NCBI RefSeq assembly: GCF_963921235.1
Contig: NC_086097.1
Coordinates: 54,252,001 to 54,316,000 of the forward strand
DNA from: Mobula hypostoma
Taxonomy: Eukaryota
Reading direction: 5' to 3'
DNA length: 64,000 nt
A program made the position numbers and the translations under genes. Of this stretch, positions 49,769 to 61,824 are shown in pieces. The notes under the pieces are model-generated. The model worked only from the letters and a program-made list of their open reading frames with translations. It searched no databases and was not told the origin of the DNA. The first letter of the stretch is position 1. Every line of letters starts with the position of its first letter.

Positions 49769-50739
49769 GTGAGCGTCTCCAGCGGATACAGTGGTGATGT
49801 GCTGCACATGTACAGAGACACACAAACACTTGGCTCAGCAGGCAAAATATTACTGTCATTTGAGAAACTTGCAACAGAACTTGTTTCTGCGAGATTTATT
49901 GCTCAATCTTAAATCCTCTATGTTAAAATATTCATGCAACACATAAGAGGAATAAGATAAAGTACAGTTTTTACAAATGTAATGATATTTTCACCAATTT
50001 CTCAGTCTTTTACATTTTTAAAACTTTTTAGTTAAGAAGGGAGTTTGCAATATGGAAACAAATATTTGGTTGTGATGCACTCTGTAACAGTAAGAAAGTG
50101 CTGAAAACTGTCTGACTTGTTATATGTGATCCTGAAATCCAGTGTGGCAGATGTTTGTATCTTCCATCACCAGTTTCTACAAATAATTAGTAAACATTTG
50201 ACAAAAATGAAACGCTTGCCCTAACCAGCTGGTAATTTGTGCTGCATTCAATTGTCTTTCAGTCCTACTCATTTAAATCATTTTTTAATGTCATTGCGTA
50301 TCATTTCAGACATGTCCAATTCTTTTTAAATAAAGACATACTCTACTTGAAGATTTAATTATGATGATGCACATCCTGATCTAAAACCGTGTGGCGTAGT
50401 ATTTTTCTTCTCCCTTCAATTGCTAAAGAATATCTCAAATTCGTGCCTTAGTAACTAATTTGCCTGACTGTGATATTAACTATTTAACTATTCAAAATTT
50501 TAATAAGTTTGTTAACCTCTATTACATCTCCTCAGTCTATGTCTGTTCCATTGACATACTATATAGTAATTTTTCATGATCTATAACATACTGATGAATT
50601 TTCATTGTATCCTTTTTGTCCTTGCTATAATATGTTGCCCATTCTTTCAGTTTTAAGACAGTTTAATTATTATCTTGTATGTATTTATCATCCCTTTTTG
50701 CTTTTGGCCAATAAGGTGCCATGCACTTAATTGTCATAA

Positions 50740-51047
50740 AAAAGGCATCCGTTAGTCTTGCGAGGCCATGGATCTGCAGCTGGAAAGTCTTCACTCTCCA
50801 GGGCGCAGGCCTGGGCAAGGTTGTGTGGAAGACTGGCAGTTGCCAATGCTGCACGTCTCCCCTCTCCACGACACCGATGTTGTCCAAGGGAAGGGCAAGA
50901 GCCGATACAGCTTGGTACCAGTGTCGTCGTAGAGCACTGTGTGGTTAAGTGCCTTGCTCAAGGACACAACATGCTGCCTCAGCTGGGGCTTGAACTCACA
51001 ACCGTCAGATCGCTAGTCAAACGTCTTAACCACTTGGCCACATGTCA
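50740..51047 (-). mobile_element. tRNA-derived SINE
   Basis: Reverse complement of the copy at 52375-52684. Confidence 0.8.
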
Positions 51048-51129
51048 TAAGATGGCTCTTCAACTGTACCTTAGTGCTTTTCACCTCAGTTCTTGTAGTG
51101 GACACGTGAACAGAGAATTTAGCAATTTT

Positions 51130-51750
51130 TAGATATTTCTGCATGTCTTCTGCTGTTACACTTGTGTTCTTTTTCACCTCCTTCAGCATTGTACGCTGTG
51201 CTCTTGGTGTGATCTTTGCAAGATGCTCACTCCGAGGGAGAGTAGCAACAATACTGTGTTTCCTCTATTTGTAGACTATTTCTATTACTGTGGGCTGATG
51301 AACACTCAGGTCTTTCAAAATGTTCTTGTAGACTTCCAGCTTCATGCATCTTTACAATTCTTCTAAGGTCCATTGAAAGTTATTTTGATCTATGCATAGT
51401 GCACAGAGATCTCTCTTGAGAAGAGCAGGCTTTGTCAGTAACCTGACTTTGTGTGTCTTTTTTATAGGGCAGGGCATCGCCACAACCCATGCCTCTAGTC
51501 TCATCTCATCGATTGGAACACCCGTCTCCAAATAGCTTTTCTAGAAGGCATTACTCAGGGGTTCACATTCTTTTTCCAACAAATACATGTAATATTGAAT
51601 CACTTTTCTCAATAAATAAATAAATGAATAAATGTATTTAATTAGGTTCTCTTTATCTAGTTTTAGAACACATGAAGATGTGATCACATTTTAGGTCACA
51701 TTTATGCAGAAATAGGGAATGTTGTACAGGGCTCTCAAACTTTCTATTAC
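51130..51750. mobile_element. Tc1-like DNA transposon remnant
   Basis: Resembles Tc1 terminal regions (GGGGTTCACATTCTTTTT, TTTAGGTCACATTTATGCAGAAAT, CAAACTTTC); no intact TIR pair seen. Confidence 0.5.
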
Positions 51751-52374
51751 AGGTTTATTATGCCTCTAATCTAACTCTCATGATACCCATCTCTATTTCT
51801 CACCGTCTCCCTTGACCCTCTGTGGTCAAGCTGCTTGACATTTTCTGCAACTATTTTCCAGAAAAACATTTAATATTTCAGTTTGCAGACCATTCCTGAC
51901 AAAGGGTATTTAACTTGAATTGTTAGCTCTGTCTTTTCCACAGATGTGCCTGGACTTGATGAGTATTTTTGGAATTTAACACACACAAAATGCTGGAGGA
52001 ACTCTGCAGGTCAAGAGGAAAATTAATAACTGATGTTTTGGGCCAAATAATTGTAACTTCCTGTTCTTTTTTCTTGGATTTCCAGCATCTGCAGTTTTTC
52101 TTCTTTCCACAAAGATGATTTACATATTATTTATATTGAATGATTGTTTTTAAATTAAACTTGATAAAGCTTCAGGATTCAGTTGAACTTGCTAGGTTTT
52201 TAAAAAAGAAAGGGAGCGATTTGCAAACTGATCGAGATGCAACATCCACTCTAACCCAGAATGATCTTGAACAGCACTGATTCATTGTCTCATTTCAACT
52301 GTTCCTACTAATCATTCACACTGGGTTAGAAGGACATTAATTGCATATATTTATAACATGAGGTGGTCCTGTGT

Positions 52375-52684
52375 GGGCACGTGGCCAAGTGGTTAAGGCA
52401 TTGGACTAGATACCTGAAGGTCGTGAGTTCGAGCCCCAGCCAAGGGAACATGTTGTGTCCTTGAGCGAGGCACTTAATCACACATTGCTCTGCGACGACA
52501 CCGGTGCCAAGCTGTATGGGTCCTAATGCCCTTCCCTTGGACAACATTGGTGTCATGGAGAGGGGAGACTTGCAGCATGGGCAACTGCTGGTCTTCCGTA
52601 CAACCTTGCCCAGGCCTCCACGCTGGAGAGTGAAGACTTTCCAGGCGCAGGTCCATGGTCTCGCAAGACTAACGGATGCCTTTT
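52375..52684 (+). mobile_element. tRNA-derived SINE
   Basis: A box TGGCCAAGTGG, B box GTTCGAGCC, TGTGTCCTTGAGCGAGGCACTTAA core, tail GCAAGACTAACGGATGCCTTTT. Confidence 0.85.
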
Positions 52685-53369
52685 ACCTGGTCCAGCCAGA
52701 TATCTCTCTCTAAAGGGAAGGATAATGTTCATTTGGATAAGTTCAGTTTTTAGGAGCTTGACGATAAACCACACAAATAAGTCAGCTGGTAGGATAGTCA
52801 GTGCAGAAATGAGTTTTTCAGCCCATTGGGTCCACCTGACCGTTAAGCATGTAATCTCTCCACCTTCCCATCAGTTACTCCCTCTGCACCGTAGAGCTGA
52901 CTTACAGCAATCAATTGGCCTAGCAACGCACACAATGACAGGGAGAATGTGCAAACCACACCGGCAGCATCCGAGGACATGATTGCACTCCTAGCTGCTG
53001 GAGCTACAAAGCAGTAGATACACCATGCCACACCAAGGTGGCAACAGAAGGGAATAAACTGCATTTTGAGAATCATTTAGTTGCTTAAGGCTGCTGGAGA
53101 ACACGTGTGTTTTAAGAAGACACCCAAACTCTACTTGATATTCACTTATTACTAAAAGGGCTGTCCAATCAGAAACTTTTCAAACCACTAAAATAATCAA
53201 TGTGGTACATTTTTATTGTCAATAAGAAAAAGCTGTTCTTTAAACTATTTATTATTCCAGCTGTTAACTACAGACTTGAAGAAAAAAATTACTTCAATTT
53301 GGCTTAATTTCATTTAGGTATGAATTGCTCAGCTTTCAGAAAGTTGGCGAGTCATTTGCAGGATATGCT

Positions 53370-55030
53370 GCCAAAGCTAATTGAGCCCTCCATTGGTCAG
53401 GGTTGACTATGGATCGCTGAGTCCCAGTTGTCTACATTATACACGAGCCAGGGCAGCACAATATGGAGAGCAAGCTGTTGCCGTATGTAGCAGGTTACCC
53501 CTCCCAACACAGCTGATGAATCCAAAGGAATAACAGAGATTAATTCAGTCCAGCTGCAGCGCTGTTGCAGAAGTTGCCAGTCAGTGTTGAACTCAGCATG
53601 GGACTGCCTTAGGGACTGTGGCTCTGGATTTTTCCTCTGGATCCATAACTGGCTTGCTTACAGAAGGCAAAGAGTGGCTGTAGACGGGTCATATACTGCA
53701 TGGAGGTCGGTGACCAATGGTGTGCCTCAGGGATCTGTTCTGGGACCCTTACTCTTCGTGATTTTTATAAATGACCAGGATGAGGAAGTGGAGGGATGGG
53801 TTAGTAAATTTGCTGATGACACGAAGGTTGGGGGTGTTGTAGATAGTGTGGAGGGCTGTCAGAGGTTACAGTGGGACATTGATAGGATGCAAAACTGGGC
53901 TGAGAAGTGGCAGATGGAGTTCAACCCAGATAAGTGTGAAGTGGTTCATTTTGGTAGGTCAAATATGACGGCAGAATGTAGTATTAATGGTAAGACTCTT
54001 GGCAGTGTGGAGGATCAAAGGGATCTTGGGGTCCGAGTCCATAGGATGCTCAAAGCAGCTGCACAGATTGACTCTGTGGTTAAAAAGGCGTACGTGTATG
54101 AACCTTCATCAATCGTGGAATTGAGTTTAGGAGCTGAGAGAAAATGTTGCAGCTATATAGGACCCTGGTCAGACCCCACTTGGAGTACTGTGCTCAGTTC
54201 TGCTCACCTCACTACAGGAAGGATGTGGAAGCCATAGAAAGGGTGAAGAGGAGATTTACAAGGATGTTGCCTGGATTGGGGAGCATGCCTTATGAGAATA
54301 GGTTGAGTGAACTCGGCCTTTTCTCCTTGGAGCAACGGAGGATGAGAGGTGACCTGATAGAGGCGTATAAGATGATGAGAGGCATTGATCATGTGGCTAG
54401 TCAGAGGCTTTTTCCCAGGGCTGAAATGGTTGCCACAAGAGGACACAGGTTTAAGGTGCTGGGGAGTAGGTACAGAGGAGATGTCAGGGGTAAGTTTTTA
54501 ACTCAGAGTGGTGAGTGTGTGGAATGGGCTGCCGGCAACGGTGGTGGAGGTGGATACGATAGGGTCTTTTAAGAGACTTTTGGATAGGTACATGGAGCTT
54601 AGGGAAAAAAAAGGGCTATGGGTAAGCCTAGTAATTTCTAAGGTAGGGACATGTTCGGCACAACTTTGTGGGCCGAAGGGCCTGAATTGTGCTGTAGGTT
54701 TTCTATGTTTCTTCAGTGCCAAAGCCTTCCCGTTGAATGGGTATAGCCTCAAAGCAGCGATCAAAGCTTTCCTCCTTCTGGTTGAGCCGCCAACCACAGC
54801 TTACGAGCCCATCCGCCTGGAGCGGCTGTTTATAAGGTGCCAGTAACATGCCCTTGCCCCTCCTCCTGTCAGCAGAAATGATTCCGCTGAGCTTAATAGC
54901 TAAGCCACACGTGAAGGCCAGGAACTGGACTTGGTTGTGAGAGGTTATTTGAGACACGCACACGATTGGGTGCATTTAATAGAGAGTGGGAGCTTACCCC
55001 CACTCCCATCCCTGGCTATAACAACCCATA
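53370..55030 (-). mobile_element. RTE-related element split by the CR1 at 53638
   Basis: Segments 53370-53637 and 54713-55030; TCCCCTC/GATGAATCCAAAGG block resembles the tail region of the 50740/52375 SINEs. Confidence 0.45.
53638..54712 (+). mobile_element. Young 5'-truncated CR1 LINE
   Basis: ORFs 53584-54237 and 54144-54572: [34 protein letters not shown]-type tail. Confidence 0.95.
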
Positions 55031-55304
55031 AATGCTACTATCCTGAGACAGTCTGTGTAATCAAACTAACTACTAATAATGAGGCCAGAATGTAGACACT
55101 GGTGACAATAACTAAAAATCTAATTATCTGTCCAGTCTTCATAAGCAGATGAAAGTATTTGTTGACGCTGATGCCTTGTTTGACAGTGATCTACTGTTGT
55201 CTAATAACTATTAGAAGTATAGGATTAATTTTGCAAGTGCAACTTTTGTTGGGCAATTAACTTTCTGAAATAAAGATAGAATTTCTTTGTTATAAATTTA
55301 ATAG

Positions 55305-55360
55305 GTTGGATTTAACTGTGCTGAACTACCAACAGTCCCTTGGAATCTGTGCACTACCAG
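55305..55360 (+). CDS. CDKN3: CDKN3 coding exon 3
   Basis: TAG|...CAG|GTAAGC, 56 nt; (W)LDLTVLNYQQSLGICALP(G). Confidence 0.93.
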
Positions 55361-55384
55361 GTAAGCCACTAATTTTCTTCTCAT

Positions 55385-57785
55385 AAAATATAGAAAATCT
55401 ACAGCACAATACAGGCCCTTCAGCCCACAATGCTGTGCCAAACATGTATTTACTTTAGAAATTACCTAGGGTTACCTATAGCCCTCTATTTTTCAAAGCT
55501 CCATGTACCTATCCAAGAGTCTCTTAAAAGACCCTATTGTATCTGCGTCCACCACGCACTCACCTCTCTCTGCTTTTTTAAAAAAAAACTTACCCCTGAC
55601 ATCTCCTCTGTACCTTCTTCCAAGCACCTTAAAAGTGTGCCTTCTCATGTTAGCCATTTCAGCCCTGGGGAAAAGCCTCTGACTATCCACACGATCAATG
55701 CCTCTCATCATCTTTACACCTCTCTCAGGTCATCTCTCATCGTCTGTCGCTCCAAGGAGAAAAGGCCAAGTTCACTCAAGCTGTTTTCATAAGACATGCT
55801 CCCCAATCCAGGCAACATCCTTGAAAATCTCCTCTGCACCCTTTCTATAGTTTCCACATCCTTCCTGTAGTGAGGTGACCAGAACTGAGCACAGTACTCC
55901 AAGTGGGGTCTGACCAGGGTCCTATATAGCTGTAACATTACCTCTCGGCTCTTAAACTCAATCCCACAACTGATGAAGGCCAATGCACCATATGCCTTCT
56001 TAACCACAGAGTCAACCTGTGCAGCTGCTTTGAGCATCCTATGGACACAGACCCCAAGATCCCTCTGATCCTCCACACTGCCAAGAGTCTTACCATTAAT
56101 ACTATATTCTGCCAGCATATTTGACCTACCAAAATGAACCACTTCACACTTTTCTGGGTTGAATTCCATCTGCCACTTCTCAGCCCAGTTTTGCATCCTA
56201 TCAATGTCCCGCTGTAACCTCTGACAGCTCTCCACACTATTCACAACACCCCCAACCTTTGTGTCATCAGCAAATTTACTAACCCATCCCTCCATTTCTT
56301 CATCCAGCTCATTTATAAAAATCATAAAGAGTAAGGGTCCCAGAACAGATCCCTGAGGCACACCACTGGTCACCAACCTCCATGCAGAATATGACCCGCC
56401 TACAACCACTCTTTGCCTTCTGTGGGCAAGCCAGTTCTGGATCCACAAAGCAATGTCCCCTTGGATCCCATGCCATCTTACTTTCTCAATAAGCCTGGCA
56501 TGGGGTACCTTATCAAATGCCTTGCTGAAGTCCATATAGACTACATCTACTGCTCTACCTTCATCAATGTGATTAGTCACATCCTCAAGAAATTCAATCA
56601 GGCTCGTAAGGCACAATCTGCCTTTGACAAAGCCATGCTGACTATTCCTAATCATATGCCTCTCCAAATGTTCATAAATCCTGCCTCTCAGGACCTTCTC
56701 CATCAACTTAACAACCACTGAAGTAAGACTCACTGGTCTATAATTTCCTGGGCTATCTCTACTCCTTTCTTGAATAAGGGAACAATATTTGCAACCCTCC
56801 AATTCTCTGGAACCATTCCTGTCTCCATTGATGATGCAAAGATCATTGCCAGAGGCTCAGCAATCTCCTCCCTCACCTCTCACAGTAGCCTGGGGTATAT
56901 CTCGTCTGGTCCCAGTGACTTATCCAACCTGATGCTTTCCAAAAGCTCCAGCACATCCTCTTTCTTAATGTCTGTATGCTCAAGCTTTTCAGTCCGCTGT
57001 GTCATCTCTACAATCACCAAGATCCTTTTCCGTAATTAATACTGAAGCAAAGTATTCATTAAATATCCCTGCTATCTCCTTCGGTTCCATACATACTTTT
57101 CCACTGTCACACTTGATTGGACCTCTTCTCTTGTGTCTTATCCTCTTGCTCTTCACATACTTGTAGAATGCCTTGGAGTTTTCCTTAATCTTGGTCGCCA
57201 AGGCCTTCTTAAGGCCCCTTCTGGGTCTCCTAATTTCATTCTTAAGCTCCTTCTTGCTCACCTTATAATCTTCTAGATCTCTATCATTACCTAGTTTTTT
57301 GTACCATTCGTAAGCTTTTCTTCCTGACTAGATTACAACAGCCTTTGTGCACCACAGTTTCTGTACCCTACCATTCTTTCCCTATCTCATTGGAACATAC
57401 CAGTGCAGAACTCCACACAAATATCCCCTGAACATTTGCCACATTTCTGCCATACATTTCCCTGAGAGCATCTTATCCAATTTATGCTTCCAAGTTCCTG
57501 CCTGATAGCCTCATATTTCCCCTTACTCCAATTAAACGCTTTCCAAACTTGTCTGTTCCTATCCCTCTCTAATGCTAATATAAAGGAGATAGAATTATGA
57601 TCACTATCTCCAAAATGCTTTCCCACTGAGAGACCTGACATGTGACCAGGTTCATTTCCCAATAGCAGATCAAGTACAGCCTCTCCTCTTGTAGACTTAT
57701 TTACATATTGTATCAGGAAACCTTGCTGAACACACCTAACAAACTCCACCTCATCTACACCCCTCGATCTAGGGAGATGCCAATT
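55385..57785 (-). mobile_element. Young CR1 LINE (endonuclease end plus RT), same subfamily as the 53638 copy
   Basis: ORF 55714-56802(-) NYRPVSLTS, SQHGFVKGR, DFSKAFDKVPH, KFADDTK; 57387-57848 'LDLLLGNEPG...GDSDHN'. Confidence 0.95.
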
Positions 57786-58359
57786 TACACTAGTGGACTG
57801 TTGATCTGAAATATTAACTGTTCCTCCCTCCACTACTGTCTGACTCACTGAATATTTCCACCATTTGGTTTTTGAGATTTCCAGATCTTACAGCTTCTTT
57901 TGGCTTTTAATCCCTTCCCCAAAGGTATTTCACAAAGGACACTTTTGCCTTCAAGATACCTCAGACATGTTGCTATCTGCTTACCTATCCAACTATGCAA
58001 ATATTTAACTGAAAACTTGCTGTTAATGAGTTTTAAAAACTTGCTATACTGCTAAACATGCAGCATTCAACAATCTTGGATTATGAATGCTCAATTATAG
58101 AGTTCTACATTGTTGAAGTGGTGCCTCGATCCTGCCCCATCTATGCTGAAATTGTGCCCATCTCATTATGCCTATCTATTCTAATCCCACTTAATTGCAT
58201 TAATTCCACATTTGTCTGTCCTGCTCATTCAAGTACCTGTCTGGTGTTGCTTAAATGTTCTTTCTGTTCCTGTCTCCATAACCTCCTGTGCCACTTTCTG
58301 AGCTTGCTATGATCTTGTGCAGTTGCCTGACTCCACCATACCAGATGGTGATGTCAGCC

Positions 58360-58790
58360 TTTCTAGTGTGGTGGCCAGAACTCCGTGCAATACTCGAAGT
58401 ATGGTCTCACCATTGACTTGTACGGTTGTAACTTAAAAGTCCCAATTCTTATACTCAGTGTTTCAGCTGATGAAAGGAAGCATTCCATATGCTCTCCTCA
58501 TTACCCTGCGTATCTGTGTTCCCATTTTCAGGGAACTATATACTTGCACCCAAAGATTTCCTTATGATACACTCCTCCCTAGGGCCCTATCGCTCATTGT
58601 GTGTGTTGTGCTGTGGTCTAACCTCCCGAAAAGTATCACATCAGTTTCCCCAAATTAAATTATTTCCCAGTTGATCCAGATCTTGTAGTCATCTGATCCA
58701 ACCTTCTTCACTGTCCACTATATCACTAATTTTGGCGTCATCTGCAAACTTGCTAACCATGCCACTTACATTGTCAACCAAATCATTGAT
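58360..58790 (-). mobile_element. Old CR1 remnant
   Basis: GCGTCATCTGCAAACTTGCTAACCA (minus strand VSKFADD) and GGCCAGAACT..CAATACTC. Confidence 0.65.
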
Positions 58791-58812
58791 AAATACTGTT
58801 TTATTTAAACAG

Positions 58813-58857
58813 GTTGTAAATTTAAAGATGTAAGGAGGAACCTTCAGAAAGATCTAG
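58813..58857 (+). CDS. CDKN3: CDKN3 coding exon 4
   Basis: CAG|...AG|GTAATG, 45 nt; (G)CKFKDVRRNLQKDL(E). Confidence 0.95.
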
Positions 58858-59484
58858 GTAATGGATATTCTATTTAAACTCTCTAGACTTGAATTTCAAT
58901 ATAGACATTTCAGGATTGTACTGTACAATGTCAATATTTCATATTTTTTAATACATGGGGTGGGGAGTATCAATCCTAGAAAAGTGCCTCTAGGACCATT
59001 TTTTGTAATCAGAAGCTGCATCATCTGCCATGTGTCAAGAAACAGAGCTGAAAAATATTGTTTTCCTATTTACTTCTTTCACTATCTGTAATAGCCAATT
59101 ATATTCTGTATTTTTTTTTGGGTAGTAATTTGTCAGTGCTGAAAGGGCAAATTGGCTTTGCCATAATGGCAGTAATATAGGTTACTTGGATTGCTTTCCT
59201 CTCCTTTCCCAACCAACAGTAAAAGGTAAAACAAGAAATCTAACTTGTAGAAACAATTACAAATGTGTGTATTAGCTTTTTTAGACAAATTCTGCAAACT
59301 GTACAGTTGTTCAAGTCTTGTTATGCGCATAAACACTTTAGAGATGTATTAGTGCATATAACCATAGGAATTAGGACTTCAATCACTCAAGCCTCTGTTG
59401 TGGCTTATCTAATTGTAACCTGAGCTCTACATTCCTGTCTACCTACAGTAACTTTTCACCCGCTTGTATCAATCTTTAAAGGTT

Positions 59485-59760
59485 AGCTTTATTTGTCACA
59501 TTCATCGAAACATACAGATGCAACAACCAACAATGCAAGCATGTGCCAGAAGCAGCCCGCAATTGTTGCCTTGCCCCTGATGCCAATTAGCATGCCCATA
59601 ATTACTAGCCCTAACCTGTCCTCCTTTGGAATGTGCAAGGGAACTGGGGAACCTAGAGGAAATGCACACTGTTACAGGGGAAATACACAAATTCCTTAGA
59701 CATCAGAGGGAACTGAACCAAATCACTGGCACTCCAAAGCATTATACTGTACTAACGACT
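59485..59760 (-). mobile_element. Decayed V-domain SINE with Rex-like tail
   Basis: TTTATTTGTCACATT..CGAAACA and TTTGGAATGTGCAAGGGAACTGG, similar to 21903-22210. Confidence 0.6.
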
Positions 59761-60350
59761 AGCCCAATCTACCTCTGGTTTAAAAATACTTCGCTTCTGC
59801 TTCTACCATCCTTTTGAAGCTGGCCCTGAGAAGGGAGGAAAAACACATCCGGCTTAAATAGGTTATGCTTATCTTTTTAATAAATGCCCTTTGTTCCAGA
59901 TTTTCAAACTTTCATGGAACTGCTTCAAATGTGTTAACAACCTTCCTTGTACACAGAGACCAAATTATCTGCATTTTATTCTTAAATTTGTCAACATTTA
60001 GATACATAGGATAAATCTGATATTTCTTCCCCCTTCCCATCTGCCACCCCCCACATTTGCTAGATCTTTGCCCAAACATGTAATCTACCTACATCCCTTT
60101 GCAGCTTCATATTGGTTCTCTTTATATTTTCTATTGACCAAATCATTAGTGCTTTCATTCAAGTCATTTGTAAAAGGACTTCAGCATTGAACTCATTCAC
60201 ATCTAGCCAACAATAAAAAATATTAGTTTCTTATCTTGCTTTTTGTTAGCCATTTAATCATGTATACACTCCTTTCCCCATGAGCTTTTGTTTTGTGAGT
60301 TAATATTAGATGTGGCATAATTCATAATATCCATCTTCAACTATTGACAG

Positions 60351-60573
60351 AGGACCTCAAGAGCTACAATATACAAGATGTATTTGTGTTCTGCACCAAG
60401 GGAGAAATGGTGAAGTACAGGGTTCCAAGCTTGTTAGAATCATACCAGCAGGAAGGATTCACGGTGCATCACCATCCTTTACCTGATGGAAGTGTTCCTG
60501 ATATTGTGAGCTGTTGGAAAATTCTGGAAGAGTTGAGAATCTGCTTGGAAAACAGCAAGACAACCCTTATCCA
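60351..60573 (+). CDS. CDKN3: CDKN3 coding exon 5 (gene continues beyond the window)
   Basis: CAG|...CA|GTAAGT, 223 nt; EDLKSYNIQDVFVFCTKGEMVKYRVPSLL...HHHPLPDGSVPD...KTTLI(H), ending just before the HCxxGxxR loop. Confidence 0.97.
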
Positions 60574-60695
60574 GTAAGTGGTATTTCAGTCTGTTGCAAA
60601 CTTGCATTGTAAAATGTATATAGTTCTTTACATTATTAAGGATCAAAAACTCTATAGTGACAACTATCACGGCCATTTAATTTCCAGCAAGGTTA

Positions 60696-61312
60696 TATAA
60701 TGCCCCGATTCACATCTTTACTGTTTATGCATGTCATTTAGCAGTTCTGTAAGAGCAGTCTGTTCTGCTTTCAGCCTGTTTGGGTTATTGTTGATGATGA
60801 GGAATGTGAGCCATCCAATTAGGATGGTAGAACTGAGGGGAGGTTTATCTAGTGATGGCTCTAAGGTTGGTCTTGGGGGTTTTTATTTTGTTCGGTGGGA
60901 GATGACGAGAGAAGACACGGGAGAAATGGTCGTAGGATACGACCTGGTGGGAGACCTGTTTGTTCAAGATGGATTGCGAGCAACGTTTGGAAGATGGTGT
61001 GTGCTTTCATGCTGACCAGCGCAAGTGACAGAAGTTCAAAATGAGCTCCAACTTGTGCACATTTGACTGCTTAATTAAAATGGGCCCTTTTCTTTGTTAT
61101 CCTTTACTAACCTTTCAGTTAAGATTCATAAATAGAATTCTTTCAATCGTATGCAATGTACTGTCTGTTATTTTGCAGCAGTAACGTGTAACAGGGTAGC
61201 AAATTACAAGAACCAGGTTTGAGACAGGAGAGCCATCTCAGTCTCACGAGTTTTTTGGGACCTGAGAGTGCTTTCCCTAGACTTGCACAGCCAAGGAAAC
61301 TAGGGGGTTCCA
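60696..61312 (+). mobile_element. Older solo LTR related to 28918 and 203
   Basis: Mutated termini TATAATGCCCC...GGGGGTTCCA, 4-bp TSD GTTA, shared TGAGCTCCAAC..TGTGCAC block. Confidence 0.75.
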
Positions 61313-61824
61313 GTTATAATTTCCAAACAGTTATACTATTATGGGAAATTCCTTCAGCTGAAAATGCATAGTGCTATGAAATAGCGATTGCATTGTATAG
61401 CAGCTTTAATGTAGCAACACATCCTATAGCATTTTGCATAAATTCCACCCAAGATATCTTAAAGCTGCCAAGCAAAGGACTCTGAGGAGTCCTTTGAAGG
61501 AGGAAAGAGAATTGGAAGGAAATTTGAGTTTGGGGTGTGGGCAGTTTGAGCGATTTAAGGGATCGCAAGATCAATGGTGAAATGAGGATTTAATTGAAAC
61601 ACTTTCCCCACCCCAATCATCTCCCACTTCTATGATGTTAGAACACAGACCTCAATTGTTCCCTAAAGGCTCTTGAATAAGTGAATCATCCCAGTGTTAT
61701 TGCTGAGAACAATTACTCCTCAACCATCAGGCTCTTGAACCAGAGGGGATAACTTCACTTGCCCCATCACTGAACTGTTCCTACAACCTATGGACTCACT
61801 TTCAAGGATTCTTCATCTCATATT

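Noticed and set aside
52375..52445. tRNA gene
   Set aside because: A and B boxes run directly into a SINE body and tail; a second dispersed copy exists at 50740-51047.
53510..53545. CTGATGA as another hammerhead core
   Set aside because: No GAAA after the putative stem II and no stem I pairing found.
55714..56802. 362-aa ORF as a host or domesticated gene
   Set aside because: Ordinary CR1 RT with frameshifts on both sides and a near-identical sibling nearby.
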